64,000 nt of DNA, from IMG/VR virus record IMGVR_UViG_3300045015_000053; one strand, 5' to 3'. Below the pieces are notes generated by a model, which was not told the origin of the DNA, ran no database searches, and saw nothing but the letters and a program-made list of their open reading frames with translations. Positions within the stretch are counted from its first letter, which is position 1; each line of letters opens with the position of its first letter. A program made the position numbers and the translations under genes. The stretch is from a virus. Its lineage: Duplodnaviria; Caudoviricetes. Positions 25,816-35,292 of the stretch are shown piece by piece.

Positions 25816-26137
25816 AGTGGTCGTGGTCGCAACACTTGCCGGCCTTCTTGCTTTTGCCGGGACACTTATCGCAGACGCAGTTCTCGCACTTACACTCGGT
25901 ACAGCCGCAGTCTTTGCACCCGTCGCACTTGACGGCGACGGCCGCTTTCACCTTACCTGCGCACTTGGGGCATTTGCAGTTCTCGCACTTGCAGTCCTTG
26001 CAGTCGCACGGGTCGCAGTTGCAGCCTGCCTTGACGCCTAAGACCTTGTTGTGGACGACCGGGCAGTATTTCACCGCCGCGAAGGTGCCACCGACACCGA
26101 GGGCTAGTCCGAGGACTAGGATGAATAGGGTTCTCAT
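25808..26137 (-). CDS. exported or membrane-anchored metallothionein-like protein
   Basis: Hydrophobic N-terminus; two tandem 9-Cys CxC/CxxC modules plus CCDHDH (21 Cys). Confidence 0.7.
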   Translation of the reverse strand: MRTLFILVLGLALGVGGTFAAVKYCPVVHNKVLGVKAGCNCDPCDCKDCKCENCKCPKCAGKVKAAVAVKCDGCKDCGCTECKCENCVCDKCPGKSKKAGKCCDHDHSK

Positions 26138-26227
26138 GTTTGCTCCTTTTGGTTTACGACGCGGCTGCGTCTACTGCCTGACGAAGATGTCGTAACAAGT
26201 TCGTCGCAGTCTCTACATACTGTAGTC

Positions 26228-26521
26228 GTGCCGGTCACAATTATTATGGGCAAGAAACGCTACTCACGTCAACAGATTGCGAAGCTTTCAAGAGGGGGCT
26301 GCTATTTCTGCGGCGAGAGCAACTACGACCTTCTCGACGCCCACCGGGTCATTCCCGGTGCGGAGGGCGGGAAGTACAACGATCACAACATACTGGTGAT
26401 TTGTTCAAACTGCCACCGCCGCACTCATACGGGTTCGATCCGCATAGATAGGAAGTACCTTTCGACATCGGGGAAGTGGGTGCTTCACTGCTGGATCGAC
26501 GGGGAAGAGAAATGGATCTAG
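26228..26521 (+). CDS. small HNH endonuclease
   Basis: CYFCG, AHRVIP..GG, NILVICSNCHRRTH. Confidence 0.85.
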   Translation: MPVTIIMGKKRYSRQQIAKLSRGGCYFCGESNYDLLDAHRVIPGAEGGKYNDHNILVICSNCHRRTHTGSIRIDRKYLSTSGKWVLHCWIDGEEKWI

Positions 26522-26528
26522 GAGTAGC

Positions 26529-26750
26529 ATGATGACTTTTTGGGAGTTCCTCGAAGCCGCACAGACCAAACGGGTCGCGATGTACGGCATCGGCAAGAAC
26601 AAGCGGATGGACAGTTCGCGTTCGCCCGGTCGCCTCGGCGTCTTGTTCAAGGCTGTAAACCCGGCCGATCTGGGCGTGAAGGTCGTTTGGAACATGCAGG
26701 CCGGTAAAGTCGGCCAGAAACCTAAAACGAGTGGCGTCATTGGAAAGTAA
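26529..26750 (+). CDS. putative internal head protein (capsid-targeting-like N-terminus)
   Basis: AGGAG RBS; MMTFWEFLEA. Confidence 0.65.
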   Translation: MMTFWEFLEAAQTKRVAMYGIGKNKRMDSSRSPGRLGVLFKAVNPADLGVKVVWNMQAGKVGQKPKTSGVIGK

Positions 26751-26961
26751 ACTATTCTGTCTCAGAAACATTCGGCTCAACCGTCTGTTGAATCACCCGA
26801 AAACCAAGATCCCGATGGTCATGGACCGTACTGCGGCCGAGGGCATGCTCGCCGCGTGCCATGAGTATCTCGACGCTTCGGGCCTATCTTCAAGCAAGTC
26901 CGATTTCGTGATCGAGGAGGCGAATGCGGAAGTGTACCCAGTGCAACAAGAGAAAAGTTGA
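26731..26961 (+). CDS. hypothetical protein
   Basis: 76-aa ORF in an operon-like run. Confidence 0.5.
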   Translation: MASLESKLFCLRNIRLNRLLNHPKTKIPMVMDRTAAEGMLAACHEYLDASGLSSSKSDFVIEEANAEVYPVQQEKS

Positions 26962-26962
26962 C

Positions 26963-27094
26963 ATGCGTCTCGCGGAACTGCCTGTCAACGCGCCGCAGCA
27001 AGAACAGCCGAAACAGTCCGAACCCGCCGTCAAGTTCGTCCCCGACTACTCTTCGCAAGAACGCCAACGAATTCTGCGTGCCAGAATTCGCTGA
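26963..27094 (+). CDS. small hypothetical protein (43 aa, not in the ORF track)
   Basis: MRLAELPVNAPQQEQPKQSEPAVKFVPDYSSQERQRILRARIR fills the gap between neighbours. Confidence 0.5.
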   Translation: MRLAELPVNAPQQEQPKQSEPAVKFVPDYSSQERQRILRARIR

Positions 27095-27112
27095 CCGTTC
27101 TCTGATACGGAC

Positions 27113-27718
27113 ATGATCTATACCGGAACCGATCTCAAAGTACGGATATGCAGCCGCCCGACGCACTACCACCATTGGATGTCGTTCGCCTGCTACGCGA
27201 GCCTGTCGAGATACCTGCCGGACGCGAAAGTGGAGTTGGCGGTTCCGGGTCGTGCGAACTTTTTCTTCGACTGGGCCAGACGCTTCAAGATCCCCATAAT
27301 TCAGAAACAAGAAATGTCTGTCCGCGAAGCGGCGAACGTGTGTTTGCCGATTGTCCCGCCGCCCGGAGCGTTCGGGGTTCTGGCGATTGCACCGGAGTGT
27401 ATCGCGGTTCGACCCTTCGATTTGACGACGCCGAGTGTGGTCAACGAATCGGGTACGGCGTGCTTGTTTCGCGGCGGCGAAATGGTGGTGTCCAATTCGC
27501 TGTGCGGTTCGGCGCGTTCGGACGCCGCGTCTCCGTTCGCGGACGTGACTGATGGGGTCGGCCGTTTCGATCCGAAGAAATGGTCGGAAAAGACGGGTTG
27601 TTTTCTGTCGGAAGTAGATCTGTTTTCATCTGAAGGCATGAGTTCTACGGAGTGGGCCGTGATGAAAGAATGGAAGAAAACGGCGGCAGTCATTGCCACT
27701 CTTTTTGCCTCACGTTGA
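27113..27718 (+). CDS. hypothetical protein
   Basis: 201-aa ORF. Confidence 0.6.
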   Translation: MIYTGTDLKVRICSRPTHYHHWMSFACYASLSRYLPDAKVELAVPGRANFFFDWARRFKIPIIQKQEMSVREAANVCLPIVPPPGAFGVLAIAPECIAVRPFDLTTPSVVNESGTACLFRGGEMVVSNSLCGSARSDAASPFADVTDGVGRFDPKKWSEKTGCFLSEVDLFSSEGMSSTEWAVMKEWKKTAAVIATLFASR

Positions 27719-27751
27719 CCGCCAAAAATCCAAACCAGAGCGAGGTTTACA

Positions 27752-28051
27752 ATGCCGATGTACGAATTCAAATGCAAAGATTGCGAAGCTAAATACGACG
27801 ACATCACCAGTTACGACGACACGGAAGTGTACGCCGACGTGTTTTGCCCCAAGTGCAAATCGCCCAACAAAACAAGGCTTTTGAGCGTGTGCGCCCCCAT
27901 CCCCAACACCAACTCTCACGACTACAGGTACTGGAAGAAACGCGAGTCTGATCGCGACTTGAGGCAGGCGGCTCAGGACGCTCAAGGTTCGACGCCCTAC
28001 AATGCGATTGACGACATCAGCAGTGGCGACTACTTCGGCGAAGTGAAATAA
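27752..28051 (+). CDS. FmdB-family zinc-ribbon protein
   Basis: MPMYEFKCKDC...CPKC.S...RLLS. Confidence 0.85.
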   Translation: MPMYEFKCKDCEAKYDDITSYDDTEVYADVFCPKCKSPNKTRLLSVCAPIPNTNSHDYRYWKKRESDRDLRQAAQDAQGSTPYNAIDDISSGDYFGEVK

Positions 28052-28193
28052 TTTGGGAAGATACTTGCATTTGAAGGGGTAGTCAGTCTACGATCATAAA
28101 GGTGACTGCTAATCGTCAACCCAATCCTTCAGGACAAGACGCTCATGAAGACCCACATCACCAAGACGGTCCAGCCGGTAATCAGGAGTCAAC

Positions 28194-30323
28194 ATGAACG
28201 AAGTTCCTACCAGCAACAAGGCCGTGTCTTTGCTGGACCGGGTAGCCGGTAAGTACGACAAGCGGCAGTTCCAGAAGCTCAACGAAGAGATGAGCTTCGG
28301 CGAATATCTGGAGATGGTCCAGAAGAACCCCCGCATCGTGCGTAACGCACACCAGCGTGTCTTCGACATGATCATGTCGAAGGGGTCGTACACCTTCGAG
28401 CGTTACCGCAAGACCCTGACCCACTACAACTTCTTCGATGACCCGGAAATCCCGATCTTCGACCTCGAAGAACCGCTCGATGAACTGGTGAAGTTCATCA
28501 AGGGTGCGGCCGGCGGGTTCGGCACCGAGAAGCGTGTTCTGCTCCTCCACGGCCCGGTAGGGTCGGCCAAGTCCACGATCCTCCGCTTGCTCAAGCGGGG
28601 TCTGGAGAAGTACAGCCGCACCGACGAGGGCGCGTGGTACACCTTCAAGTGGGTCAACCTGCCGACCGGCTCGGACGGGATCTACACCCACACCGAAGAC
28701 GAATGCCCGATGCACGAGGAACCCCTCAAGCTGATGTCGCTTGAGCGGAACCCCGGCGAAACCAAGTCCATGCGCGAAGCGTTCGTGGACGAACTCAACG
28801 TCACGCTGTTGGAGAGCGTGCCGGAAGAGAAACGGACCACACAGTACACGCTGCGGGTCAAGGGCGAACTGAACCCCCGCTGCAAGAAGTTCATGAGCGA
28901 ACTGCTGAAGCGGTACGGCGGCGACTGGAAGCAGGTGGTCGAGAAGCACATCCGCGTGGTCCGCAAGGTTCACAGCGAGGCCGACCGCGTGGGCATCGCG
29001 ACGTTCCAGCCGAAGGACGAGAAGAACCAAGACAGCACGGAACTGACGGGCGACATCAACTTCGCCAAGATCCCGCACTTCGGTTCGGACAGTGATCCTC
29101 GCGCCTTTAACTTCGACGGAGAGTTCTGCGTCGGCAACCGGGGCATTGTCGAGTTCATCGAAATGCTCAAGTTGGAGACGGCGTTCCTCTACGACCTCCT
29201 CGGAGCGTCCCAAGAGCAGAACATCAAGCCCAAGAAGTTCAGTCAGATCGGCGTGGACGAGATCATCATCGGCCACACCAATCAAGCCGATTTCGACAAG
29301 CTCAAGAACAACCAGTTCATGGAAGCCCTCCGCGACCGGACGGTGAAGATCGACGTTCCCTACGTCACCCGCTGGAAGCACGAGATCAAGGTGCTGGAGC
29401 AGGACTACGGTTCCGGCAAGGTGCGTCAGCACGTTGCGCCACACACCCTCGAAATCGCCGCCCTGTGGGGCGTCCTGACGCGGTTGCAGGACGACAAGGA
29501 CGGCAAGATCGACCTGATCCAGAAGGCCGAACTGTACGACGGGAAGCTGCTTCCGGGGTGGACCGAGGACTCGGTCAAAGAACACATCATGAAGCACCCC
29601 GGCGAGGGCATGACGGGCGGCGTGAGCGTGCGGTACATCCAAGACAAGATCTCGAACTGCTTGTCGGCCCGCCACGACTACATCAACTTCTTCATGGTCT
29701 TGAACGAGATCAAGGAAGGGTTGAGCAACCACAGCCTGATCACTCACAAGGACCAGATCAGCCGCTACCTGACGTGCGTGGAACTCTCCATCAAGAAGCT
29801 GGACGAGATCCTGAAGGCCGAGGTGCAACGCGCACTCGTCGGCGACGAGGACGCAATCGTCCGGCTGTGCGCCAACTACATCGACAACGTGATGGCGTAC
29901 ATGTCGAAGGCGAAGGTGAAAAACAAGATCACCGGCCGCGACGAGCCGCCGGACGAGCGTCTGATGCGGAACATCGAGAGCCGCATCAAGATCCCCGATC
30001 AGGGGGCCGACGACTTCCGCCGGACCATCGCCGCGTTCATCGGCGATCTGGCCCACAAGAAGCAAGAGTTCAAGTGGGACAGCAATCCGCTCCTCAAGAA
30101 AGCCCTCGAAGCGAAGCTCTACGAGGACACCAAAGACCACATCAAGCTGTCGGCCCTCAACGTGAGCGGTGCGACCGTGGTGCAGCCCGACCTGCAAGAA
30201 AAGATCGACGCGATCAAGACGCGGTTGATCAAACAGTACGGCTACAACGAGCAGTCGGCCAGTGACGTACTCGACTACGTCGGCTCGATCTTCGCTCGCG
30301 GCGACCTCGCCGAGAAGGACTGA
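28194..30323 (+). CDS. prkA: PrkA/YeaG AAA+ family (annotated serine kinase)
   Basis: AHQRVFDMI, LHGPVGSAKST, PKDEKNQDSTELTGD, GNRGIVEFIEMLK, EALRDR. Confidence 0.93.
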   Translation: MNEVPTSNKAVSLLDRVAGKYDKRQFQKLNEEMSFGEYLEMVQKNPRIVRNAHQRVFDMIMSKGSYTFERYRKTLTHYNFFDDPEIPIFDLEEPLDELVKFIKGAAGGFGTEKRVLLLHGPVGSAKSTILRLLKRGLEKYSRTDEGAWYTFKWVNLPTGSDGIYTHTEDECPMHEEPLKLMSLERNPGETKSMREAFVDELNVTLLESVPEEKRTTQYTLRVKGELNPRCKKFMSELLKRYGGDWKQVVEKHIRVVRKVHSEADRVGIATFQPKDEKNQDSTELTGDINFAKIPHFGSDSDPRAFNFDGEFCVGNRGIVEFIEMLKLETAFLYDLLGASQEQNIKPKKFSQIGVDEIIIGHTNQADFDKLKNNQFMEALRDRTVKIDVPYVTRWKHEIKVLEQDYGSGKVRQHVAPHTLEIAALWGVLTRLQDDKDGKIDLIQKAELYDGKLLPGWTEDSVKEHIMKHPGEGMTGGVSVRYIQDKISNCLSARHDYINFFMVLNEIKEGLSNHSLITHKDQISRYLTCVELSIKKLDEILKAEVQRALVGDEDAIVRLCANYIDNVMAYMSKAKVKNKITGRDEPPDERLMRNIESRIKIPDQGADDFRRTIAAFIGDLAHKKQEFKWDSNPLLKKALEAKLYEDTKDHIKLSALNVSGATVVQPDLQEKIDAIKTRLIKQYGYNEQSASDVLDYVGSIFARGDLAEKD

Positions 30324-30331
30324 TCGCGGAA

Positions 30332-30359
30332 AGTCCCCCGTCAACTTCGACGGGGGACT
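30332..30359 (+). terminator. hairpin after prkA
   Basis: 11-bp stem AGTCCCCCGTC/GACGGGGGACT; the T tract is displaced by about 9 nt. Confidence 0.55.
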
Positions 30360-30388
30360 CCCTACGGGTTTTTACGAGAGGTACACGA

Positions 30389-30634
30389 ATGAAAAAGTAC
30401 ATCTGCGACATTACCGGCAAAGAAGTTTCGGGTTCAGATTACGTCGAAGTTCGGACATACAATTCAAACTCTCGTGACCGACACGGCGACCTGATTTCAT
30501 TCAAAGTGGAAGGATTCGACAGGGAACTCGAACCCGAACTGGAACAACTCTATCGGGACGCGGATAGGGCCGCTGACAAGGCCAAAACCGAGTTCATCGA
30601 AAAGGCACTCGCCCGGCTCCGCAAGGGCAAGTGA
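30389..30634 (+). CDS. hypothetical protein
   Basis: GAGG RBS, 81 aa. Confidence 0.65.
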   Translation: MKKYICDITGKEVSGSDYVEVRTYNSNSRDRHGDLISFKVEGFDRELEPELEQLYRDADRAADKAKTEFIEKALARLRKGK

Positions 30635-30644
30635 CGAGGAATCA

Positions 30645-30887
30645 ATGTCCACACCCGCCGCTGCCAACCCGTGGTTGGGACGCAAGTTCAACCGCGACAT
30701 GTTGGAGAAGATCAAAGAGAAGTTTCTAGACGCCTGGGAGGACGACGAGACTTACGGTCACGTCGCCGCCCGTCTAGATTCCGATCTATTGGACTTCTTC
30801 TTCAACTGTCGGATTGAAGAAGTTGACGAAGACGACGACGACACCATGATCGTCAAGTTCCGTATTCCGCCGGCCAGCGGCACATGA
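30645..30887 (+). CDS. hypothetical acidic protein
   Basis: GAGGA RBS, 80 aa. Confidence 0.65.
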   Translation: MSTPAAANPWLGRKFNRDMLEKIKEKFLDAWEDDETYGHVAARLDSDLLDFFFNCRIEEVDEDDDDTMIVKFRIPPASGT

Positions 30888-30897
30888 GGAGAAAACA

Positions 30898-32124
30898 ATG
30901 CCGAGACGCATCCAAGAAGACCACAAGGACTTTCGTGATGTGGTTTCAGGGCGTATCCGCAAGGCTCTGAAAAAGTTCATCAAGTCCGGTAAGTTCACCC
31001 GCGCTCGCGGTCGCAACGGCAAGATCACGATTTCGATCCCGCAGATCGACATCCCCCACATTGTCTTCGGTGACAACGAAGAGGGGATCGGACGCGGTCG
31101 CGGCAAACCGGGTGACATCATCGACCAAGACCCGCAGCCGGGTCAGGGCGGGGGTGACGGCGACGAGCAAGAGGGGATCATGATCACCCTCGAACTTGAT
31201 GACGTTCTCCGCTTCATGCAGGACGAACTCGAACTGCCTCAACTGCTGCCCAAGCAGAACCAGACGTTCGAGGACGTGGAAATCAAGTACATGAACATCT
31301 CGCTCGTCGGGCCTGAATCGCTGCGGCACACTCGTCGCACGATGTTGCAAGCCCTGAAGCGGATGGCGTCTACGGGCGAGATCAACAAGCTCCACAAGAT
31401 TCCCGGCTCGACAGACTCGGTGAAACTGATCCTGCCGATCAACAGCGACAAACGCTACCGGCAGTTCAGAGAGGTCCGCATCCCGTCGTCCAACGCGGCG
31501 ATCATCTTCGCTCGCGACGGTTCGGGGAGCATGGACATCGAGAAGTGCGAGATCGTCAGCGACATGGCGTGGTGGATCAAGGTCTGGATCAAGCGGTTCT
31601 ACCAGCGGGTCGAACTGGCTTGGGTCTGGCACGACACCGGCGCGAAAGAAGTTGACGAAGACACGTTCTTCCGGCTCCGCAACGGCGGCGGAACCACGGT
31701 TTCGTCCGCGTTTGACCTGATCGCCAAGATGTTCGACAACAGGTTTCCGCCCGACAAGTGGAACATCTATGTGTTCTACTTCACGGACGGCGAGAACTGG
31801 GGCGACGACAACCCGAAACTCATCAAGAAGTTGAAGGAAGAGTTCGGCCCCCGTGTCGCCAACTTCGTCGGCATCACTCAGGTGCTGGCCTACAGCTATC
31901 AGGGCAGCGTCAAGGAAGCGATTGACGACGCCATCGATGACAACGAACTGGACGAGGAACACATCAGGACTGTCAGCATCGGTCCCGAAATGGAACACGA
32001 TGACGACAACCCGATGATGATCTACGACGTTCCGAGTCTCAGCGAAGACGAACGGGACGACCAGATTCTTAACGGCATCCGTCAGCTTTTGGGCAAGAAC
32101 CAAAAACAAGCGACCGACAGCTAA
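30898..32124 (+). CDS. yeaH: YeaH/YhbH (DUF444) VWA-type protein
   Basis: GRGRGKPGD, SDKRYR, MIDAS-like DGSGS...GGGT...TDGEN. Confidence 0.92.
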   Translation: MPRRIQEDHKDFRDVVSGRIRKALKKFIKSGKFTRARGRNGKITISIPQIDIPHIVFGDNEEGIGRGRGKPGDIIDQDPQPGQGGGDGDEQEGIMITLELDDVLRFMQDELELPQLLPKQNQTFEDVEIKYMNISLVGPESLRHTRRTMLQALKRMASTGEINKLHKIPGSTDSVKLILPINSDKRYRQFREVRIPSSNAAIIFARDGSGSMDIEKCEIVSDMAWWIKVWIKRFYQRVELAWVWHDTGAKEVDEDTFFRLRNGGGTTVSSAFDLIAKMFDNRFPPDKWNIYVFYFTDGENWGDDNPKLIKKLKEEFGPRVANFVGITQVLAYSYQGSVKEAIDDAIDDNELDEEHIRTVSIGPEMEHDDDNPMMIYDVPSLSEDERDDQILNGIRQLLGKNQKQATDS

Positions 32125-32148
32125 GTCGCTCGAAATAGGGGACAGAAC

Positions 32149-33768
32149 ATGGCTTCTCGATTCATGGCCGGTATGCCACTGCTGATGGGCGACAACACGG
32201 TTCCAGGCGCACCGATGCCGAAGGAACTGAAGGAACTGATTCCGACCATCTTCAAGGTATGCACGGAGTTCGGCCTCGACTACTACCCGACCGTCGTCCA
32301 ACTCCTCACCTACGACGAGGTGAGCGAGATCGCGGCCTACGGCGGGTTCCCCGTCCGCTACCCCCACTGGCAGTGGGGCATGGAGTACGAAGAACTCCAA
32401 CGCGGCTACGAGTACGGGATGCACAAGATCTACGAGATGGTGATCAACAGCAACCCGTGCTACCTGTACTGTCTGCACAGCAACACGCTGGTGGACAACA
32501 TCACGGTGATCGCGCACGCCCTCGGCCACTGCCACTTCTTCAAGAACAACGTGTTCTTCGAGCCGACGCAGAGGTTCGCGCGTGACTACAACATGATCAA
32601 CGAACTCGCGAACCACGGCAACCGGGTTCGCGAGTACATGGGTCGTTGGGGCAAAGAAAAGGTCACCGAGTTCATCGACCACATCCTCCGCATCGACTCG
32701 CTCATCGACCCCGCCTCGGCGTGGGACGAGAAAGAGTCGAAGGACGTGGTCGTTCGCGACACCCGCAAGTACCAGCAACCGCGTCGGCTCAAAGTCGATC
32801 AGGGTCGCCGGCACATGGAAGACTGGATCAACCCGCGTGAGTGGAAGGAACGCGAGAAGAAGCGGATCACCAAGAACGAGGCGTCCGAAGACCTCGGTCT
32901 GTTCGGGGGGCCGCTGAAGGACATCATGGGGTTCCTCCGGGTCAACGCCCCGCTCCGTCCGTGGCAGGCCGACATCTTCAGCATGCTCTACGAGGAAGCC
33001 CTGTACTTCTCTCCGCAGGGCAAGACGAAGATGATCAACGAGGGCTTCGCGTCGTGGGTGGACTTCAACATCATGGCGCGAATGGGGTACATCGGCCTCG
33101 GCCAGAGTCATCACTCGGCCGGCATCATCGAGTACGCCGACCACAAGATGGGCGTACTCGGCGGTCACTACTCGCTCAACCCGTACAAGCTCGGCTTCAG
33201 CATCCTGCTCGACATCGAGGAGCGGTGGGACAAGGGCCAGTTCGGGAAAGAGTGGGACGAGTGTAAAGACCTGAAGAAGAAAGAGGCGTGGGACACGAAG
33301 GCCATGCTCGGCAAGCAGAAGGTGTTCGAGGTCTGCCGCAACTACGACGACCCGACCCTGATCGCCGAGTTCTTCACCGAAGACCTCTGCCGCAAGATGG
33401 AGTTCTTCACATGGAAGCATTACCCGAACGGCGACACGAAGTACGAGAGCAACGACTACCCGGCGATCAAGGCCAAGCTGATGCGGCGGTTCATCAACCG
33501 TGGTCTGCCCGACCTGAAACTGGTCGAGCCGAACTATCGCGGACGCGGGTATCTGCTGCTCGAAGACTTCAGCGAACCGGGCCACACGCTGTACGACCCG
33601 TACCTGCGAGAAGTGCTGACTTCGATCCGCTACCTGTGGAACAACGACGTGGTCGTCGTGACTAAGAACAAGGACGGCGCGGAGATCGTCTACCACTGCC
33701 ACGGGTCCGACGCCGACAAGGGCGTGTCGGTCAAGTCGCGTGAAGCGTACCTGAAGGACGGATACTAA
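32149..33768 (+). CDS. spoVR: SpoVR/YcgB family protein
   Basis: GLDYYP, GFPVRYPHW.WG, KIYEMVINSNP, AHALGHCHFFKNN, YFSPQGKTKMINEGFAS, LNPYKLGF. Confidence 0.93.
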   Translation: MASRFMAGMPLLMGDNTVPGAPMPKELKELIPTIFKVCTEFGLDYYPTVVQLLTYDEVSEIAAYGGFPVRYPHWQWGMEYEELQRGYEYGMHKIYEMVINSNPCYLYCLHSNTLVDNITVIAHALGHCHFFKNNVFFEPTQRFARDYNMINELANHGNRVREYMGRWGKEKVTEFIDHILRIDSLIDPASAWDEKESKDVVVRDTRKYQQPRRLKVDQGRRHMEDWINPREWKEREKKRITKNEASEDLGLFGGPLKDIMGFLRVNAPLRPWQADIFSMLYEEALYFSPQGKTKMINEGFASWVDFNIMARMGYIGLGQSHHSAGIIEYADHKMGVLGGHYSLNPYKLGFSILLDIEERWDKGQFGKEWDECKDLKKKEAWDTKAMLGKQKVFEVCRNYDDPTLIAEFFTEDLCRKMEFFTWKHYPNGDTKYESNDYPAIKAKLMRRFINRGLPDLKLVEPNYRGRGYLLLEDFSEPGHTLYDPYLREVLTSIRYLWNNDVVVVTKNKDGAEIVYHCHGSDADKGVSVKSREAYLKDGY

Positions 33769-34043
33769 TGGGCAGGCAACTGCTTCAAGTAGAAGATATT
33801 CTGTATTACCGGGACAAGGTACTCGACAACGACCCCTATGTCGAGTACGTTGGGTGGGAGTTCCCTGACGGGAAGATCCTTCTGCTTCATCCGGTCGTTA
33901 AAATCTTCGAGTCGGTGGACCACATCCGCCGACACCCCGGATCGACACTGTGTCTGCAAACGGTTGCCAGACCAGACGGAACCAAAGACTACCTGCCACC
34001 AGAAAACATGAAAAAGAAATGGTGGCAGTTCTGGAAAAAATGA
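33768..34043 (+). CDS. hypothetical protein
   Basis: ATG overlaps the spoVR stop; ends KKKWWQFWKK. Confidence 0.65.
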   Translation: MGRQLLQVEDILYYRDKVLDNDPYVEYVGWEFPDGKILLLHPVVKIFESVDHIRRHPGSTLCLQTVARPDGTKDYLPPENMKKKWWQFWKK

Positions 34044-34207
34044 TGGAAGTGAACATTTTCCACAACGAAACTGCTCAGGACGTGATGGAGCAGCTTCGTT
34101 TCATCCTGATGGAGTTCGGCGTCAAACTCGAAGTCAAAGAGTCTGACAAAGAAAGTACCACTTACAAGTTCTCGCACGCATTGCCGCTCGAAAAACCCGA
34201 CGAATGA
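34040..34207 (+). CDS. hypothetical protein
   Basis: ATGA overlap with the previous stop, 55 aa. Confidence 0.55.
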   Translation: MMEVNIFHNETAQDVMEQLRFILMEFGVKLEVKESDKESTTYKFSHALPLEKPDE

Positions 34208-34231
34208 CGTGCGGTCCAAGTAGATACGGTC

Positions 34232-34924
34232 ATGAAAAAGAAGAAACCCGTTCTACCGCCGTCATACGACATCTTCGACGCCCTGAATCAAGTCCACCGC
34301 GACAGCATCTGTACGGAAACCAGAGAGATCTGGCTGCACAGTACGCACGCGGGCGACGACGAACCGGGCGTCGAATATCGTATGGCGACGATGTTCCTCA
34401 AGAACCTCAACCTTCTTGAGAAGGACGGGAGCCGCCGGCCCATACTCGTTCACATGCACGTTACGGGCGGCGAGTGGAACGACGGGATGGCGATCTACGA
34501 CGCCATCAAGCTCTCCCCCTGTCCGATCACCATCATCGCCTACGCTCAAGCGTCCTCGATGTCGGGAATCATCCTCCAAGCCGCCAAAACCCGGCTGATG
34601 ATGCCCAACTGCGAGTTCATGGCTCACACCGGCAGTCTCGACACCAACAACGAAACCCTTGTCGCTTTCAAGCTCGCGCAGCGGAACATGGAGTGTCACA
34701 AGCTGATGCTCTCGATCTTCGCCGAGCGGTGCATGAAGGTCGAAAAGTACAAGGGTCTGGCTCTCGAAGAGGTCATGGCGAAGATCGACTGGTGGATGAA
34801 GAACGACGGCGAGATCAACATCCTCGCGGCCGAGGCCGTCGAGAACGGGTTCGCCGACGCCGTGATCGGAAGCAAAGAATACCCCACGGTTTATGACGCC
34901 TGGGGACGAATCATGTCCGGCTGA
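34232..34924 (+). CDS. clpP: ClpP-like protease subunit
   Basis: TGG...GMAIYDAIK, AQASSMSG (nucleophile Ser), RLMMPNCEFMAH (His), AAEAVENGFAD. Confidence 0.8.
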   Translation: MKKKKPVLPPSYDIFDALNQVHRDSICTETREIWLHSTHAGDDEPGVEYRMATMFLKNLNLLEKDGSRRPILVHMHVTGGEWNDGMAIYDAIKLSPCPITIIAYAQASSMSGIILQAAKTRLMMPNCEFMAHTGSLDTNNETLVAFKLAQRNMECHKLMLSIFAERCMKVEKYKGLALEEVMAKIDWWMKNDGEINILAAEAVENGFADAVIGSKEYPTVYDAWGRIMSG

Positions 34925-34926
34925 TC

Positions 34927-34955
34927 TTGACAGTGGCTCTCGCCTTTCTTAAAGT
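34927..34955 (+). promoter_or_regulatory. sigma70-type promoter upstream of the dnaE-N unit
   Basis: TTGACA-17 nt-TAAAGT. Confidence 0.6.
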
Positions 34956-34979
34956 TGCTCTACCTCAGAGGGCAGGGCC

Positions 34980-35102
34980 ATGCTTGGTTTTGAACACCTT
35001 CACAGCGGTTTCGATTTTTCGATTCTGGATCAGTTCGTCACATGGGAACCCGACCATGAACCAATGGTTGAAGGCGATTTGGATGCGGAGTGCGTTTCCT
35101 AG
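34980..35102 (+). pseudogene. 40-aa stub duplicating the DnaE PHP N-terminus (not in the ORF track)
   Basis: MLGFEHLHSGFDFSILD versus DnaE-N TGLEHLHLHTDFSLLD; shared DNA 12-mer GAACACCTTCAC. Confidence 0.6.
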
Positions 35103-35292
35103 CGGGACACAGGTACGCATCACCGGCAACCACACCCTGGTAAAAGGGTCTTTGGTTTTGAACTGCACTGGTCTGACTGGCATAGTTGACCGCTATTGCC
35201 ATTGGTCCGACTGTTTCGTTGTGCTTCTGGACGATCCGCCGCACCACGAACTCTGGCTCGGCGAACTGGAGATCCAAAAGGTATTACCATGA
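35056..35292 (+). CDS. small hypothetical protein (SH3/KOW-like pattern)
   Basis: 78 aa; GTQVRI...GLTGIV...VLLD; the stop overlaps the dnaE-N ATG. Confidence 0.5.
   Translation: MNQWLKAIWMRSAFPSGTQVRITGNHTLVKGSLVLNCTGLTGIVDRYCHWSDCFVVLLDDPPHHELWLGELEIQKVLP

Noticed and set aside
30946-33702. 918-aa antisense ORF, plus similar ones at 6506-8818, 28182-30344 and 42130-44040
   Set aside because: They lie exactly opposite strongly conserved sense genes and have no motifs. They are explained by codon bias (rarity of TTA/CTA/TCA in the sense frame).
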